Below are positions 13,228-25,542 of a stretch of 64,000 bases of DNA, piece after piece. This DNA comes from Scenedesmus sp. PABB004 (Eukaryota): assembly GCA_014905635.1 (NCBI GenBank), contig JABVCE010000012.1, positions 744,001 to 808,000 of the forward strand, read 5' to 3'. How positions within the stretch are numbered: the stretch's first letter is position 1; the number at the start of each line of letters is the position of its first letter. The notes under the pieces were generated by a model. It made no database searches, had not been told where the DNA came from, and worked only from the letters and a program-made list of their open reading frames with translations. The translations under genes and the position numbers were made by a program.

Positions 13228-13655
13228 GCACGTTGCATGCACGTTCGTGGTAGGTGGGTGGTGGTCAGGAGGCCCCCGGCACAGCGCTCGCGGCCATGCG
13301 GGGGCGCCGGCACCCGGCGCGCCTGGCGCCGGCGGCGTCCGCTGCTGCTGCCGCTGTGCTGTGCTCGCCGGGTCGAGGAACCACCGCCGGCTGCTCGATG
13401 CGAGTCACGGTGAAGTGCACTGTGCGCGTGTGGGGCGCGCGTGGGGAGCGCCGATGACCTTTTCGCTCGGCGCGGCAGTCGGAGAGCTGGAGCGGTTGTG
13501 CCGCCGCCACCGCCAACCTCAGACAGGAGCGGCGACGCCTCACGCGGCCCCGCATCGCAGGACCGTCGCAGCGCCCACGCCGCAGCCGCCGCCGAACGGA
13601 GCGAGCCGGCGCCGGTCAAAGCTCGCGCCGCGCCAGCAGCGCGCGCCGCCGCCGC

Positions 13656-15763
13656 ATGGAGCTCCCCCAGCCGCCTGGTGCGGCGGCGCCGCAGCCGCCA
13701 GGCGCGGCGGCGCCGGCGGACGCGCCGGCGCGGCCGCTGCAGCCGCCGCCCGCGACCGCGCTGCGCAAGGGCGCCGGCGGGCGCCTCGCGTACGTGCACA
13801 CCCTCGCGGCGGCGGCGCCGCGTAGCAAGCTGGCGCCGCCGGGCGCGGCGTCGCGGCTGCCGCCCAACGTGCAGCCGTCGGCGCTGCAGCGCCACACGTG
13901 CGCGGCGCCGGGCGGCGGGCTGTCGGCCCGCCTGCTGCCGACGCCGGCCGCGGACGGCCTGGGCCTGGCCGGCACCGCGCCGCCGGCGCCGGACGAGCCG
14001 GGCGGCGGCGCTGCGGCGGGCGCCGGCGCGCCGCCCTGGCAGTTTGCGTTCACGCTCCTGCGCGCGCAGCACGTCGGGCCGAGCGGGCTGGCGGGCGTGC
14101 GCGAGCCGACGCGCCGCCTGGCGCGGGTGGCGATCGTGGACCGCGCGCGGCACCGCGTGCTGGGCAACGTCGCGACGCTGCCGGTTGCCGAGGTGCGCGG
14201 CCCGCGCGGCGGCGACCGGCCGGGCGCGTCGTGGCTGTGGGACGCGGCGCGGCCGCCGGCGCCGCCGGGCGGCCGCGCGCCGCGCCCATCCCGCCGGGCG
14301 CGCTCGCGGGCAGCGCGGCCGCGGCGGACGCGCGGCGCGCGCTGCTGCCGGCGCTCGGCGGCGGCGCCGGCATCGCCGCCAGCGGCGGCGCCAACTCGCT
14401 CGTCGTGCGCTGCGCGCGCGAGGCGGCCGACCCGGTGGCGGGCCTGCGGTCGCTGGACGGCAGCCGGCTGAGCCTGCTGGTCGAGCTGAACGTCGAGCAC
14501 CGCCTCGCCGCGGACGACGCCGCCGCGGCGCCCGACGCGGAGGCCAAGGTCCGGCGAGCTTGAGCCGCGCGGGGAGCTGGGGGCGCGAGCCACCTGCAGG
14601 CCGCGCGCGGGGCCTCTACGTGCACCCCCACCCTCACCCCCGCGCACAGGGCGTGGGCGTTGTGACGGAGCTGACCACCTGCTGGGGCATGGTCAGCCTG
14701 CAGCGCTGCGCGGAGCTCAGCCGGGCTATGACGATCGAGGTGCCGCTCTATTGCGGATCCCTGGACGAGCCGGTGAGCGGGGCGTGAGCAGGCGTGGGGC
14801 AGCTGGCTGACCAGGCGGCGGCGGCGCAGCACGCGGCGCAGGCCCGAGCCGCGCCACCACGCTGGCCGACCCGCCCCGGCATCCCTGCCGACAGGCCACG
14901 CTGGCGGCGGTGTGGGCGGCGGACCGCAGGCGCCACCCGATGCGCGCCCTGCTCACGCCGGCGCCGGCGCCGTGCCTCACCTTCTGCGTGGGCCCGCTGC
15001 CGGTGACGCCGGCGCTGCTGCCGCTCAGCCTCGTGCCGTCGACGCTCGTCGCCCCCCGAGAGCTGGCCTACCTGCTGGCCGCGGCGCGCCTGCTGCTGGA
15101 CGACGCGCTCGCTGGCGCGCCAGCTCCAGGCGACGCGGCGACGCCAGCGGGCGGTGCCGGCGGCGGCGGCGGAGTCGGCAGCGCGAGCTGCCTCGCGGCG
15201 GGCATGAGCCAGCCCGCGCTGGCGGCGCTCGGGCCGCTGCTCGACGACGAGCTGCTGCTCGCGGAGCTGCTCGCGCGCTGGTGGGGGCGCGTCCGCGCCT
15301 GGCGGCGGCCACGGACGAGGGTTGGTCCGGGCTGGCCGGCTGCGCGTGCGACGGCGGCGCGGGCGCGCCGGCGCGGCCGAGCCCTGCCGCGCTGGCGGCC
15401 GCGCTGCGCGCGAGCGTGCTGGAGGTCGCGCCACTCCTGCATGCCGCGAGCCTGCCCCGCCCGCACATGGCCAACTTTGTCGAGCACGCCGCGCACCGCG
15501 CGCGCGTCGCGGCCCGCTTCCTGCGCGGCGAGCCGCCCGCGCCCGGCGGTGGCGGCCTCGGCTGCGCGCCGGCGGCGCCGGACAGCACAGACGGCGCTCC
15601 GGCGGCGCCGGCGTGGCCGGCGGGGCTGCAGCAGCGCCACCCGGTGGAGCCGCTGAGCCTCACTGCGCTCGAGTGGCTGCACGCGCCGTTTGACGTCCGA
15701 GAGACGCGGGTGTGCGTCGGCGAGCAGCTGCGCGCTGCGTCGGCGGGGTGGAGCCGGTGCTGA
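13656..15763 (+). CDS. NPHP1: Nephrocystin-1 (NPHP1)-like ciliary transition-zone protein (C2 + NHD region)
   Basis: Motifs are colinear with NPHP1: FTLLRAQHV...RLARVAIVD...RVLGNVATL...WLW; LSLLVELNV; ELTTCW; IEVPLYCGS; LSLVPSTLV...ARLLLDDAL; QPALAALGPLLD; PLLHAASLP; LHAPFDVRE (cf. VHEPFDLSE). Introns at ~14549-14649 and 14773-14894. Frameshifts near 14275 and 15300. Confidence 0.75.
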
Positions 15764-16553
15764 CGCTGCAACGCGGCCGGCCGCGTTCCCGGGGACGCCC
15801 TGTCAGCAGGCCGCTCGCGACCGCACTGTCGCACCACGCAGCGAGTACGCGCAGCGGCCGCCGCCTGGCTTACACACACACTGCCCCGGCCCAGCCACCG
15901 ACCGCAAGCCGCAGGCGCCCGTCAGTTGATCACAGCTCGCGCGTCGGCACCTGCGGCGGGCGGCGGGCGGCGGGCGCGCGGGCGGGCGGCGGAGCGCCAC
16001 AGAGCCGCAGCTGCGGTGGCTCGTGAGCGGCGCGCGGCGGTGCGGCGAGGGCACACGCACACACACAGTGCGTGCGCCCGTGGCAACTCCTGCAGGGAGT
16101 CGAACCCACGGCGCGCGGCGCCCGCCGCCCAGGCGCGGCAGGCGCCGCGCGCCGGCCCCGACCAAGCGTGCGCCCAGCGCGCACGGGCGGCCGCGCTGGG
16201 CGCGCGCGGGGGCGCAGCAGTGATCAGGGCTACAGCGCCGCCGGGGTTCCCAGCCTGATCTCTCAGGCCGGTACTAGCCGCAGCCCAAACCGCATCACTT
16301 CCCAGATCTCACGGGATGGGGTGTTGCAGCGGTTGGTGACAGCCGTAGCCCTCGTGACGCGGCGGCGCGCGCGCCCGCGAGGGGGCGCGGCGCGCGCCGA
16401 GGTGTGTGTGTGTGTATGGGGGGGGGGGGGGGTGGGGGCGGGGCGCGAGGGCCGGCGGCGCGTGCAGGGCGCGGGGGCGCGGTGCGCGTGGCGCCCTCCC
16501 CTGCTGGCAGGCGGTCGCGGCGATGGCGGGGCGGCGGCGGGCGCGCCCGCCGC

Positions 16554-17765
16554 TCACGACTCGGGCAGCGCCGTGGCGGCGCTGCCGTCGGCCGCGTCGC
16601 TGCTCGTCGTGCCGTTCGCGGCGGCGCCGGCCAGCTGCGACGCGAGCAGGCGCAGCTTGGAGCGCCACTCGGGCTGCTGCTTGGGCCGGAACGGCTTGGG
16701 CCCCTCCGGCTCGCGCTGCCTGGCCTGCCGCTTGCGGCCGCGCTTGGCTGCCGGCGGCGCGCCGGCCGCTGCGCGCTTGCTGCCAGCGCCGGCGGCAGGG
16801 GCGGCGGCGGCGCGGCCGCCGCTGCTCTCGCCGCTGGTGCAGGGGCCGCCGTGATCGCTGCCCCCTGCCTGCTGCCGTTGCTGCTGCTGCTGCGGCTGCT
16901 GGCGCGCCGGGCCTGGCAGCGCAGCCACGTGCAGCAGCATCGGCGCCGCGCGCGGCGGCGAGCAGCCCCAGCTCCCGGCGCTGCTCGCCCCGCTGGCCGC
17001 CGAGCCGCTGGCGGCCTGGCCGGCCACGGTCGCGGCCCGCGCCATACTTGGCGACCAGCATGGCCTTGGTGCGCCGGACCGGCTCCTGGGGCGGCGGGGG
17101 CGGCATGGACGCCTGCGGCTGCGGCTGCTGCTCCTCCTGCGTCGCGGGACGCGCCGGCGCCTCCGCTGCCGCGCGCTCGGCCGCGGCCGCGCCGCCGCTG
17201 CCGCTGCCGCTCGGCGCCGCGCCGGCGCCGCGTCGCGCCGGCGGCGGGCTGGCCGGCTCCGGCAGGCCCAGCAGCTCCGCCACGGCGCGGTGCGTGCGCA
17301 GCGTCGCGCCGCAGGGGCTGAAGTAGAAGTTGTCGGTCGTGCGGCCCAGCCGGCCGTTGCGGCGGCTCGTGAGACGGCAGCGCACCGCCGCGCTCCAGCC
17401 CGCCGGCAGCTCGCCGCCTGCAGACGCGGCGGCGGCGGGCGCAGCTCGCGGCGGCCGAGCCGCCGCTGCCGCGGCGCGCCCCAGGCGGCGCGGCTCACCA
17501 CAGTGCTGGACGTAGGCGCGCAGGCGCTCCAGGGCGCGCTCTCCCTTGGCCGCCAGCTCCTCCTGCGCGGCGAGCGCGGCGCGCCGGCCGTGATGGCGGG
17601 CTGGGGGCCTGGCGCGGGCGCGCGGGCGCGGCGCACCTCGTCCGGCAAGCTGGCGTCCAGGCCGGCCAGGTCGAGCCCCGGCGCGGGCGCCCCGGCGCTC
17701 GGAGGCGGCGCGGGCGCCAGCGAGAGAATCGTGAAGGCGGCGGGCGCCGCTGCCGGCGACGCCAT
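16554..17765 (-). CDS. Methyl-CpG-binding domain (MBD) protein (3 exons)
   Basis: LERLRAYVQHC|GGELPAGWSAAVRCR...GRTTDNFYFSPCGATLRTHRAVAELLGL is an MBD signature. A basic NLS-like stretch (KRGRKR) lies in the C-terminus. Frameshift near 17040. Confidence 0.75.
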   Translation of the reverse strand: MASPAAAPAAFTILSLAPAPPPSAGAPAPGLDLAGLDASLPDEVRRARAPAPGPQPAITAGAPRSPRRRSWRPRESAPWSACAPTSSTVVSRAAWGAPRQRRLGRRELRPPPPRLQAASCRRAGARRCAAVSRAAATAGWAARPTTSTSAPAARRCARTAPWRSCWACRSRPARRRRDAAPARRRAAAAAAARPRPSARQRRRRRVPRRRRSSSRSRRRPCRPRRPRSRSGAPRPCWSPSMARAATVAGQAASGSAASGASSAGSWGCSPPRAAPMLLHVAALPGPARQQPQQQQQRQQAGGSDHGGPCTSGESSGGRAAAAPAAGAGSKRAAAGAPPAAKRGRKRQARQREPEGPKPFRPKQQPEWRSKLRLLASQLAGAAANGTTSSDAADGSAATALPES

Positions 17766-18437
17766 GGCTGCGGCAGAGCAGCGCCAGGCGAGAGAGAGGG
17801 ATGACGACTGGCGGGCGGGCGGGCGGGAGCAGCAGCAGCTTGAGTCTGCTCGTGCAAACCCCGCGCCGCCGCTTGGAGAAGCAGCCGTCTGGGGCGCCTG
17901 GACGGCGGCCAAGCCACGGCCGCGCTGCGAGCAGCACGCCGGCGCCGCCGCCGCGGAGAGGGCGGCGCCGAGGGGGTCGGCGCGCGGGGCCGGCGCGCTG
18001 CCCTCTCACACCGCTGCCTGCCGGCTGGCTCGGCTGCATCATCGCGGCGTGCGCGTCTGCCGCCGCGCGGCGCCCCCCCCCCCCCCCCCCCCCCCTCAGC
18101 AGCAGCGGCGTCACCCCGGCGGCGCCCACAACCCTGGCGCCTGCGCCCTCCGCGCCCGCGGCGAGCACGCCGGCCGCGACGACCGGCCGCGCCGTCGCCA
18201 GTGAGCGTCGGTAGGGGGGCGGCAGGCGGCTCTTGCCCCTTGACCCCACCGAGGGGGGCCAGTGCCTCGCGCGACGCAGCCGCTCGGCTTATGCCCCACG
18301 CTTCGCCCTCGGCCGCCGCACACGCGCCGCGCCCTCGCGCCCAGCCTTTCGCCCGCCCCGCGCGCGCCGGTGCTCCAATCGGCTGCGCCCCGCGCGCCCG
18401 CGCGCCCCTGCCCCGGCCGCACCGCGACGCCGCCGCC

Positions 18438-21400
18438 ATGACGGTGGCCGTCGTCACCACCACGGTCGCGCAGACCGTGGGCGGCGCGCCGGAGGAGGCG
18501 GCGCTGGCGCCGGGCACGGCGGACTGGGACCGCCACGTCCCCGCCGCCGCGGTCGACGCCAAGGACGCCGACACGCCCGACGCCTGGGTGCCGCGCGACC
18601 CGCGCATCCAGCGCCTCACGGGCCGCCACCCGCTCAACTGCGAGCCGCCGATGGGTGCGCAGCGCGTGCGCCGGCGCCGCGCGCGCGCTGCGGCCCGCAA
18701 GGTGTGGGCGGGGCTCATGGCCCGCCGCGCCGCCGCCGCAGACGCGCTCATGGCGAGCGGCTTCATCACGCCGCCCAGCCTGCACTACGTGCGCAACCAC
18801 GGCGCGGTGCCGAAGCTCGCGTGGGGCAGCCACACGGTCACGGTCAACGGCCTCGTCGCGGCGCCGCTCAAGCTGACGATGGACGAGCTCGTGTCGCTGC
18901 CGTCCGTCACGCTGCCCGTCACGCTCGTGTGCGCGGGCAACCGGCGCAAGGAGGAGAACATGCTCAAAAAGTCCATCGGCTTCAACTGGGGCCCCTGCGC
19001 CGTGTCCACGAGGTGCGGCGCGGCGCGCGGCGGCGGCAGGGGCGGCAGGGGCGCCGGCCGCGGCGGCGACCGCGGCGGCGGCGGCGGGGGCGGCGCCCGA
19101 CCCTCCGCCGCGCGCGCCGCGCAGCTACTGGACGGGCGTGCGCCTCGGCGACCTGCTGCGCCGCGCGGGCGTCGCGCCGGGGGCGGGGCACGTGAGCTTC
19201 CGCGGCCCCACCGGCGAGCTGCCCAAGGGCGACGACGGCAGCTACGGTGCGCCTCGCTTGCCCGCGCCGCGTGCCTCGCTCGCCCGCGCCGCGCGCGCCG
19301 CGCGCCCGCGCTCCCCCGCGCGCGCCTCCCCACGCCACGCCCGCCCCCTCGCCTCCCTCCCCCGCCACCCGCGACAGGCACGAGCCTCACGCTGCACTAC
19401 GCGCTGGACGACGCGAACGACGTGCTCGTCGCGTACAAGCAGAACGGGCGCTGGCTCACGCCCGACCACGGCTTCCCCGTCCGCATGATCATCCCCGGCT
19501 TCATCGGCGGCCGCATGGTCAAGTGGCTGGCCGAGATCAGCGTCACGCCCGGCGAGAGCGCCAACTTTTACCACTTCCACGACAACAGGTGAGCGCGGGC
19601 TTTTTGTTGAACGAGGGTTTGAAGGCAGGGTTTAACACGGCTTTGAACGTGGCTTCCAACTTGGCCTTGGCGTTGAACTCGGCCCGTGCGGCGAGCCGCG
19701 GCCGCGCACGGGGGAGGCGGGCGGCCGACCGACGCCGCGCGCGCGCGCCCGCGCCGCCGCAGGGTGATGCCGCCGCACGTGGACGAGGAGCTGGCCAAGA
19801 AGGAGGGTGAGTCACGCACAGCGCGCACGCGAGGCGGCGACGCAGCCGCGCGGCCCGCTGCCGCCGCGCGGCCGCGGCGCCCCCGCCTCGCTCGCTCGCG
19901 CACCCGCCGCTCCCTGCCTGAGCTCCCTGCCTGAGCTCTGCCGGCGCTCGATCCGAACCGACCAGGCTGGTGGTTCAAGCCCGACTTCATCATCAACGAG
20001 CTCAACATCAACTCCGCCGTGAGCCGGCCCTGGCACGACGAGGTGCTGCCGCTCGGCACCAACGCCGTGTACCCCATGCAGGGCTACGCCTACTCGGGTG
20101 CGCGCCCGGCCCCGGGCCCCGCGCGCGGCAACGCACGGCGCCGCCGCCGCGCTCACGCGCCCGCGCCCGCGCGCCGTGCTGCCAGGCGGGGGCCGCAAGA
20201 TCATCCGCGTGGAGGTGTCGCTCGACGGCGGGCTCCTCTGGCGCCAGGCCGAGATCACGCGCCACGAGACGCCCACGCCCGCGGGCAAGCACTGGTGCTG
20301 GATCTTCTGGCGCTTTGAGGTGTGCCGCGCCGCCGCCGCCGCCTGCTCGGGGTTGCGGCCCCGCCGCGGCCTCCCAGCGCCCACGCCAGCGCGTGCGGCA
20401 GCGCGGCGCAGGCGCCGACCCGCGCCCGCCCGCACGCCCGCGCCCGCGCGCGCGCGCGCGCCCGCAGGTGCAGACGGTCGAGTTTGCGCGCGCGTCCGAG
20501 GTGCTCGTGCGGGCGTGGGACAGCAGCATGAACACGCAGCCCTCCCACATCACCTGGAACCTCATGGGCATGATGAACAACTGCCACTTCCGCATCAAGG
20601 TCCACCAGCACGTCGACGCGCAGGTCCGCGGCGGGCGACGCGGCGGCACGGCGGCGCGGCGGCGCGCGGCCCGGGCGCTGCGCGGCGGCGGCGGCCTGCG
20701 GCGCGCGCGTGCGCGGGCCCGCACGGCCGGCCGGCACGCTGACAGACCCCGCGCCGCGCGCCGCGCGCAGGGCAACATGGGCCTGCGCTTCCAGCACCCC
20801 GCGCCGGTGCAGCCCGGCGAGCTCGGCACGCTCGGCTGGCGCGAGGAGGAGGCGCTCGCGCGCGCGGGCGCCGAGGCGGCCGCCGCGGCGCCGGCCGCCG
20901 CGGCCGCGGTCGCCGCCAAGGCGGCGCCGCCGGGCGGCGCCGCGCTGTACACCATGGAGGAGGTCGAGCGGCACGCGAGCGAGGAGAGCTGCTGGTTCGT
21001 GCACGAGGGCAAGGTGCGCGCGCGCGCGCCGCCGCCGCCGTGTGCCTCCTCTTGCGCGCTCATGTCGCGAGCGCCCTTGACTGAACCCCTGCTCACCCTA
21101 AACCCCGCCGCCCGTCTCTCCCTCCCCGTGCGGGGGTCAGGTGTATGACGCGACGCCCTTCCTGGAGGAGCACCCGGGCGGCGCCGAGAGCATCCTCATC
21201 AGCGCCGGCATGGACGCGACGGACGAGTTCAACTCCATCCATAGGTGCGCGGACGCTGCCTGCGTGTGTGTGTGTGTGTGTGTGTGTTTGTGTTTAGTGT
21301 GTGCGTGGGTGTGCACACTCGCAGCGGGCGCCGCCGCCCACGCGCCCGCGCGCCCGCGCGCCCGCGCGCCCGCGCCCGCCCGTCCCGCGCCCGCCCGCCG

Positions 21401-23091
21401 CGCAGCTCCAAGGCCAAGGGCATGCTCGCGCAGTACTACATCGGCGACCTCGTCACGCCCGAGCAGAAGGCCGCCGCGGTCGCGGCCGCGGCGGCCAAGC
21501 CCGCGATCGCGATCACCGCCAACGGCAGCGCGCCGCCCGCCGCGCCGGCGGCGGCGGCGTCCGCGCCGGCGGCTGGCGGCGAGCTCGTCGCGCTAGACCC
21601 GCGCAAGAAGATCGCGTTCAAGCTGGCCGAGGTGGTCGCGCTCTCCCACAACGTGCGGCGCTTCCGCTTCGCCCTGCAGTCGCCCGAGCACAAGGTGCGC
21701 GCCCGCGCGCTCGCCGCGTCCACGCGCCCGCCCGCGCCCCGCCCGCGCCCCGCCCGCGCGCCCGCGCTCGCCGCCGCTCACTCCCGCCCGCTCTCCCCTT
21801 CCCTGCCCTCCCCTGCCCGCCGCTGCCGCCCGTCGCCGGGCGCAGTTTGGGCTGCCCGTGGGGAAGCACGTGTTCCTGTACGCGACCATTGGCGGCGAGA
21901 CGGTCATGCGCGCGTACACGCCGACCAGCCAGGACGCCGACCTGGGGCACTTTGACCTGGTGGTCAAGATCTACCGGTGCGTGCTATTGTTGTTTTTGTT
22001 GTTACTGACAACAACTAGCTAGAGAGACTGGCCGCGGCGCCCGGCGCCGGCCCCGCGTTTCCCCGCGCCGACCGCCGGCCGCCGCGTGCGCGCGCCGCCG
22101 CAGGGCGAACGAGCACCCGCGCTTCCCCGAGGGCGGCAAGATGAGCCAGCACCTCGACAGCCTCTCGGTCGGCGACGCGGTGGAGGTGAAGGGCCCGGTC
22201 GGCCACTTTGTGTACCACGGCCGCGGCAGCTACAGCCTCAACCGCAAGCCCGCGACCGCGCGGTGCGCGAGCAGCGCACGGCGCGCGGCCCAGGCCCTGC
22301 GCGCGCTGCCGCCGCGCGCTGAGCGCTGACCCCGCCCCGGCCGCCGCGGCTCGGCACGCGCAGGCGCATCAGCCTCATCGCCGGCGGCACCGGCATCACG
22401 CCGTGCTGGCAGGTCATCCGCACCATCACGGAGGACCCGGAGGACGAGACCGAGGTGCGGCGCCGCGGCTTGCGCCGTTGCCGCGCCGCTCTGCGGCCTT
22501 CCCTGCGCCGCGGCCCTGCGCCGCCCTGCGCTGCCGGGGCGCTCACCGCGCGCTGCGCCGCGCCCCTGCGCCCCTGCCGCCGCGCCCCTGCCGCCGCGCC
22601 CAGGTGTCGCTGCTGTACGCCAACCAGTGCGAGGACGACATCCTGCTGCGCGAGGAGCTCGAGGCCGCGGCGGCGGCGCACCCCAACTTCAAGCTCTGGT
22701 ACACCCTCGACAGGTTGGTGGGGGCACACGGCACCGCGCCCGCGCGCGCGCCCGCACCGCCGGGGCACGACGAGGCCGGCGTGCGGGGCGGGCGCGGGAG
22801 GCGAAGCCTCTGCGCGCGGGGGCGGGGCCCGGCTCCGCCACGGCGCCGGCGCCGGCGCGCGCGCCCACGCGCCCACGCGCCCCCCCGCGCCGCGCGCCGC
22901 GCCGCAGGCCGCCCGCGGGCTGGGCGTACAGCGCGGGCTTCATCGACGAGGCGATGGTGCGCGAGCGCCTGCTGCCGGCGGGGCCGGGCGCGATCGTGGC
23001 GATGTGCGGCCCGCCGCCGATGATCAAGTTTGCGTGCGTGCCCAACCTCGAGAAGGCCGGCTACAGCGCGGAGCAGATGATCACGTTCTGA
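18438..23091 (+). CDS. NIA1: Assimilatory NAD(P)H nitrate reductase (16 exons)
   Basis: Moco domain ([49 protein letters not shown]), dimerisation domain (WNLMGMMNN), cytochrome b5 (FLEEHPGG), FAD (RAYTP, GGKMSQ) and NADH ([15 protein letters not shown]) domains. All 15 GT-AG introns are phase-compatible. Confidence 0.98.
21263..21288. repeat. (GT)n microsatellite in a nitrate reductase intron
   Basis: Seen directly. Confidence 0.9.
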
Positions 23092-23781
23092 TGGTGACGC
23101 GGACAGCGCACGCGCAGCTGCTGCTGGGGGAGCGAGTGCTGCTGCTGGCTGGACGTTGCTGTACAACCGTTTTACACAGAGAGAGCGAGAGAAGGATGCG
23201 GGCGGCACTGCCCATGCGCGCGCGCCGGCGAGCGCGCGCGCCCATGGTCCGCGCGTGCGTGCTGGACGGCACGCACGCACGCGGCACGTGCGACGGAACC
23301 CTCACGAACTTAATCCCCTTGTTTTGCGAGAGCCGCGCCCCCTCGTCCGTTGGGGGCGCGGCGAGCCTAGTGCCTAGGGCGCCGCTGCGCGCGCTGCGCG
23401 CTGCGCCGCCGAGATTATTCACCTAGGTAACACCGACGTCCGTTCCTCCTGCTGGGCGTTCCCCGCCAGCTTGCGCGGCCGCCCACGTCCCGACACACGA
23501 ACAAACGACAGATCGTGACCGCATCAGGTCCTTCTCGGGAAGGGACGACCCGACCACCGCCCGTGTCAGACAGACAGACAGACAGGATGGATGGCGTGCA
23601 CTGCACGGCGCATGTGCGTGCTCGGCCAATTGAACGTGTGATCCACCCGCATGGCGCGCAGTGCGTGCTGCCCCCCCCCCCCCAGTGCGCCCCGCAGTTG
23701 CCCCCCCCCCCACGCCTCAGCCAGCCTGCCAACGTTTCAACTGCACAAACAGAGCGGGACCGCCCGCCTCTGCAGCGGCCG

Positions 23782-24939
23782 TCACGCGGCCAGGAGGCAC
23801 GCCTGCAGCGGCGGCAGCGCCGGCAGCAGCAGGTCGGTCGCCGCGGCGCAGACGAGGCACAGCGTTGCAGCCGCGGTGGCGTGCAGCAGCGCGCCGAGCC
23901 GCAGCGGCGCGCCGCCCGCGCCGGCGCCGACGCCGAGCGGCGGCGCCAGACCGCCAGAATTGCCGCCGCCGCCGCCGCCGCCGTTGCCGCCGCGCTGGGA
24001 GCCAGCGAGCGACTTGAGGCGGCAGAAGACTTGCTTTTGGCTGAGCTCCCGCACGTAGAGCACGTAGAGGGGCAGCGCGAGCGCCCAGACGAGCAGCCAG
24101 AGCAGCAGCAGCGCGTCGGCCGCGCGGCCGCCGCCGCACGCGCCGCCGCCGCCGCCGTCCTCGCCCGCCAGCCCAGGGCCGAGCCGGCCCTCCGCGAGCA
24201 GCGCAGTGAGCGCGTCGACCGCGGCGTGCGCGCGCGCGCACAGCGCCGCCGCGCCGGGCGCGAGCGCGGGCGCCGCGAGCGCGCAGCCGACGCTGCGCCG
24301 CATCAGAGCGAACGTGGCCGCGACGTACGCGAACTGCAGCGGCGCCGCGCGCCGGAAGGGCAGCGGCCAGATGAGGCACTGGCCGCCGAGGATGAGCGCC
24401 GCCATCGCGAGCGCCTGCAGCACCGCCGCCTCGGCGCCCGCCCGCGCCGCCTTGCGCGCAAAGAAATAGCCCTGCATGTCGCCGGCGCTGCATACCGACA
24501 GGAAGACCACCATCCAGGCGCCCCGCGCGAGCCTGCGGAGGCCGCCGGGCGGGGCGTGTGGCGTGTGGGCGGCGCGCGCGAGGGGCGGCGTGCGCGCGAG
24601 GGGGCGGCCGCGCGCAGCGGGCCGCGCCGCGCCGCACCGCAGCGCGGTGATGAGCGCCTCGCGCGCGGCCAGGTAGGCCGCCGTGCGGTTGCGCGCGAGG
24701 TGCTGCTGCCAGAGGCTCGCCGCGAAGAAGGCGCCGCACGCCGCCTTGAGCGCGACCGCGGCGGGCCGGCTCGCCAGCGCGTCCGCGGCGTTCCAGCCGC
24801 TGTACAGGTTGGCGGTCGACATGACAAAGGAGAGGCGATCGATTGAGAGCAGTGCTTCTCTCACGTGCGGCTGCGCCCAGTACTCGCGCTCCGACGACGC
24901 CGGCCGCAGCGCGAGCGAGAGCGGGCTGATGCCCGGCAT
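23782..24939 (-). CDS. Hypothetical multi-pass membrane protein (true start probably upstream)
   Basis: Several hydrophobic helices (GAWMVVFLSVC, LAMAALILGGQCLIWPLPF, LLLLWLLVWALALPLYVLYVRE). One intron at ~24542-24637. Upstream Gly-rich sequence looks coding in a shifted frame. Confidence 0.6.
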   Translation of the reverse strand: MPGISPLSLALRPASSEREYWAQPHVREALLSIDRLSFVMSTANLYSGWNAADALASRPAAVALKAACGAFFAASLWQQHLARNRTAAYLAAREALITALRCGAARPAARGRPLARTPPLARAAHTPHAPPGGLRRLARGAWMVVFLSVCSAGDMQGYFFARKAARAGAEAAVLQALAMAALILGGQCLIWPLPFRRAAPLQFAYVAATFALMRRSVGCALAAPALAPGAAALCARAHAAVDALTALLAEGRLGPGLAGEDGGGGGACGGGRAADALLLLWLLVWALALPLYVLYVRELSQKQVFCRLKSLAGSQRGGNGGGGGGGNSGGLAPPLGVGAGAGGAPLRLGALLHATAAATLCLVCAAATDLLLPALPPLQACLLAA

Positions 24940-25542
24940 TGCTGCTGCCGCCGGCGTGGCGCGGAGCCGCTGCGGCGCCACCGCCGCCACCGCCACCACC
25001 GCCACCGTCAACGGCGCTGCTGCCGCCGCCGCCGGGCGGCGGCGCCGCCGCGTCCGGCGCAGGTGCGGCCGGCGGCGGCGCCGCAGTCGGCGCAGCGCCG
25101 GCCGACTGCGCCGCCGCAGCGGCTGCTGCCGCCGCCGGGCGGCGCCGCTGCGGGCCCTGCCCGGCCGCGATCGCGGGCCGGAGCAGCTGCTACCGCCTGA
25201 CCCTGCTGCTCTTCTGCTCCCTAGAGCGCGCCGCTGGCGCTAGCGCTGGTGGCGCTGCCGCCGCCGCTGCTGCAGCGCGCGAGCGCTTGCGGCGGCTGCG
25301 ACGGCTGCCGGTCGCATGCGGGAGCGCGGCCGCGGAGAATGAGGCAGCGGGCAGCGCACCTGGCAGACAGCCCCGGCGAGGCGGCGCGCCGCGGTGCTGC
25401 GCCGGGTGACGCGCCTGAAGCGCCGCCGCCGCCGGCGGACGCTTTTAATCGTTATCCCCGCACAGCCGATCGCGGCGAGCTCGCTGGTCATCCCCGCCAG
25501 CGCGCCCGGCAACGGCGCCGGCCGCACCGCGCGCGGCGGCGC

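Noticed and set aside
16401..16445. Poly-G/poly-C tracts (also ~9495, 18073, 23670, 45227) as G-quadruplex elements
   Set aside because: Common in such genomes, and homopolymer length is unreliable in assemblies. No specific evidence of function.
21096..21106. Telomere-like CCCTAAACCC (similar units near 19614 and 27320)
   Set aside because: Isolated single units, too short to call interstitial telomere or telo-box function.
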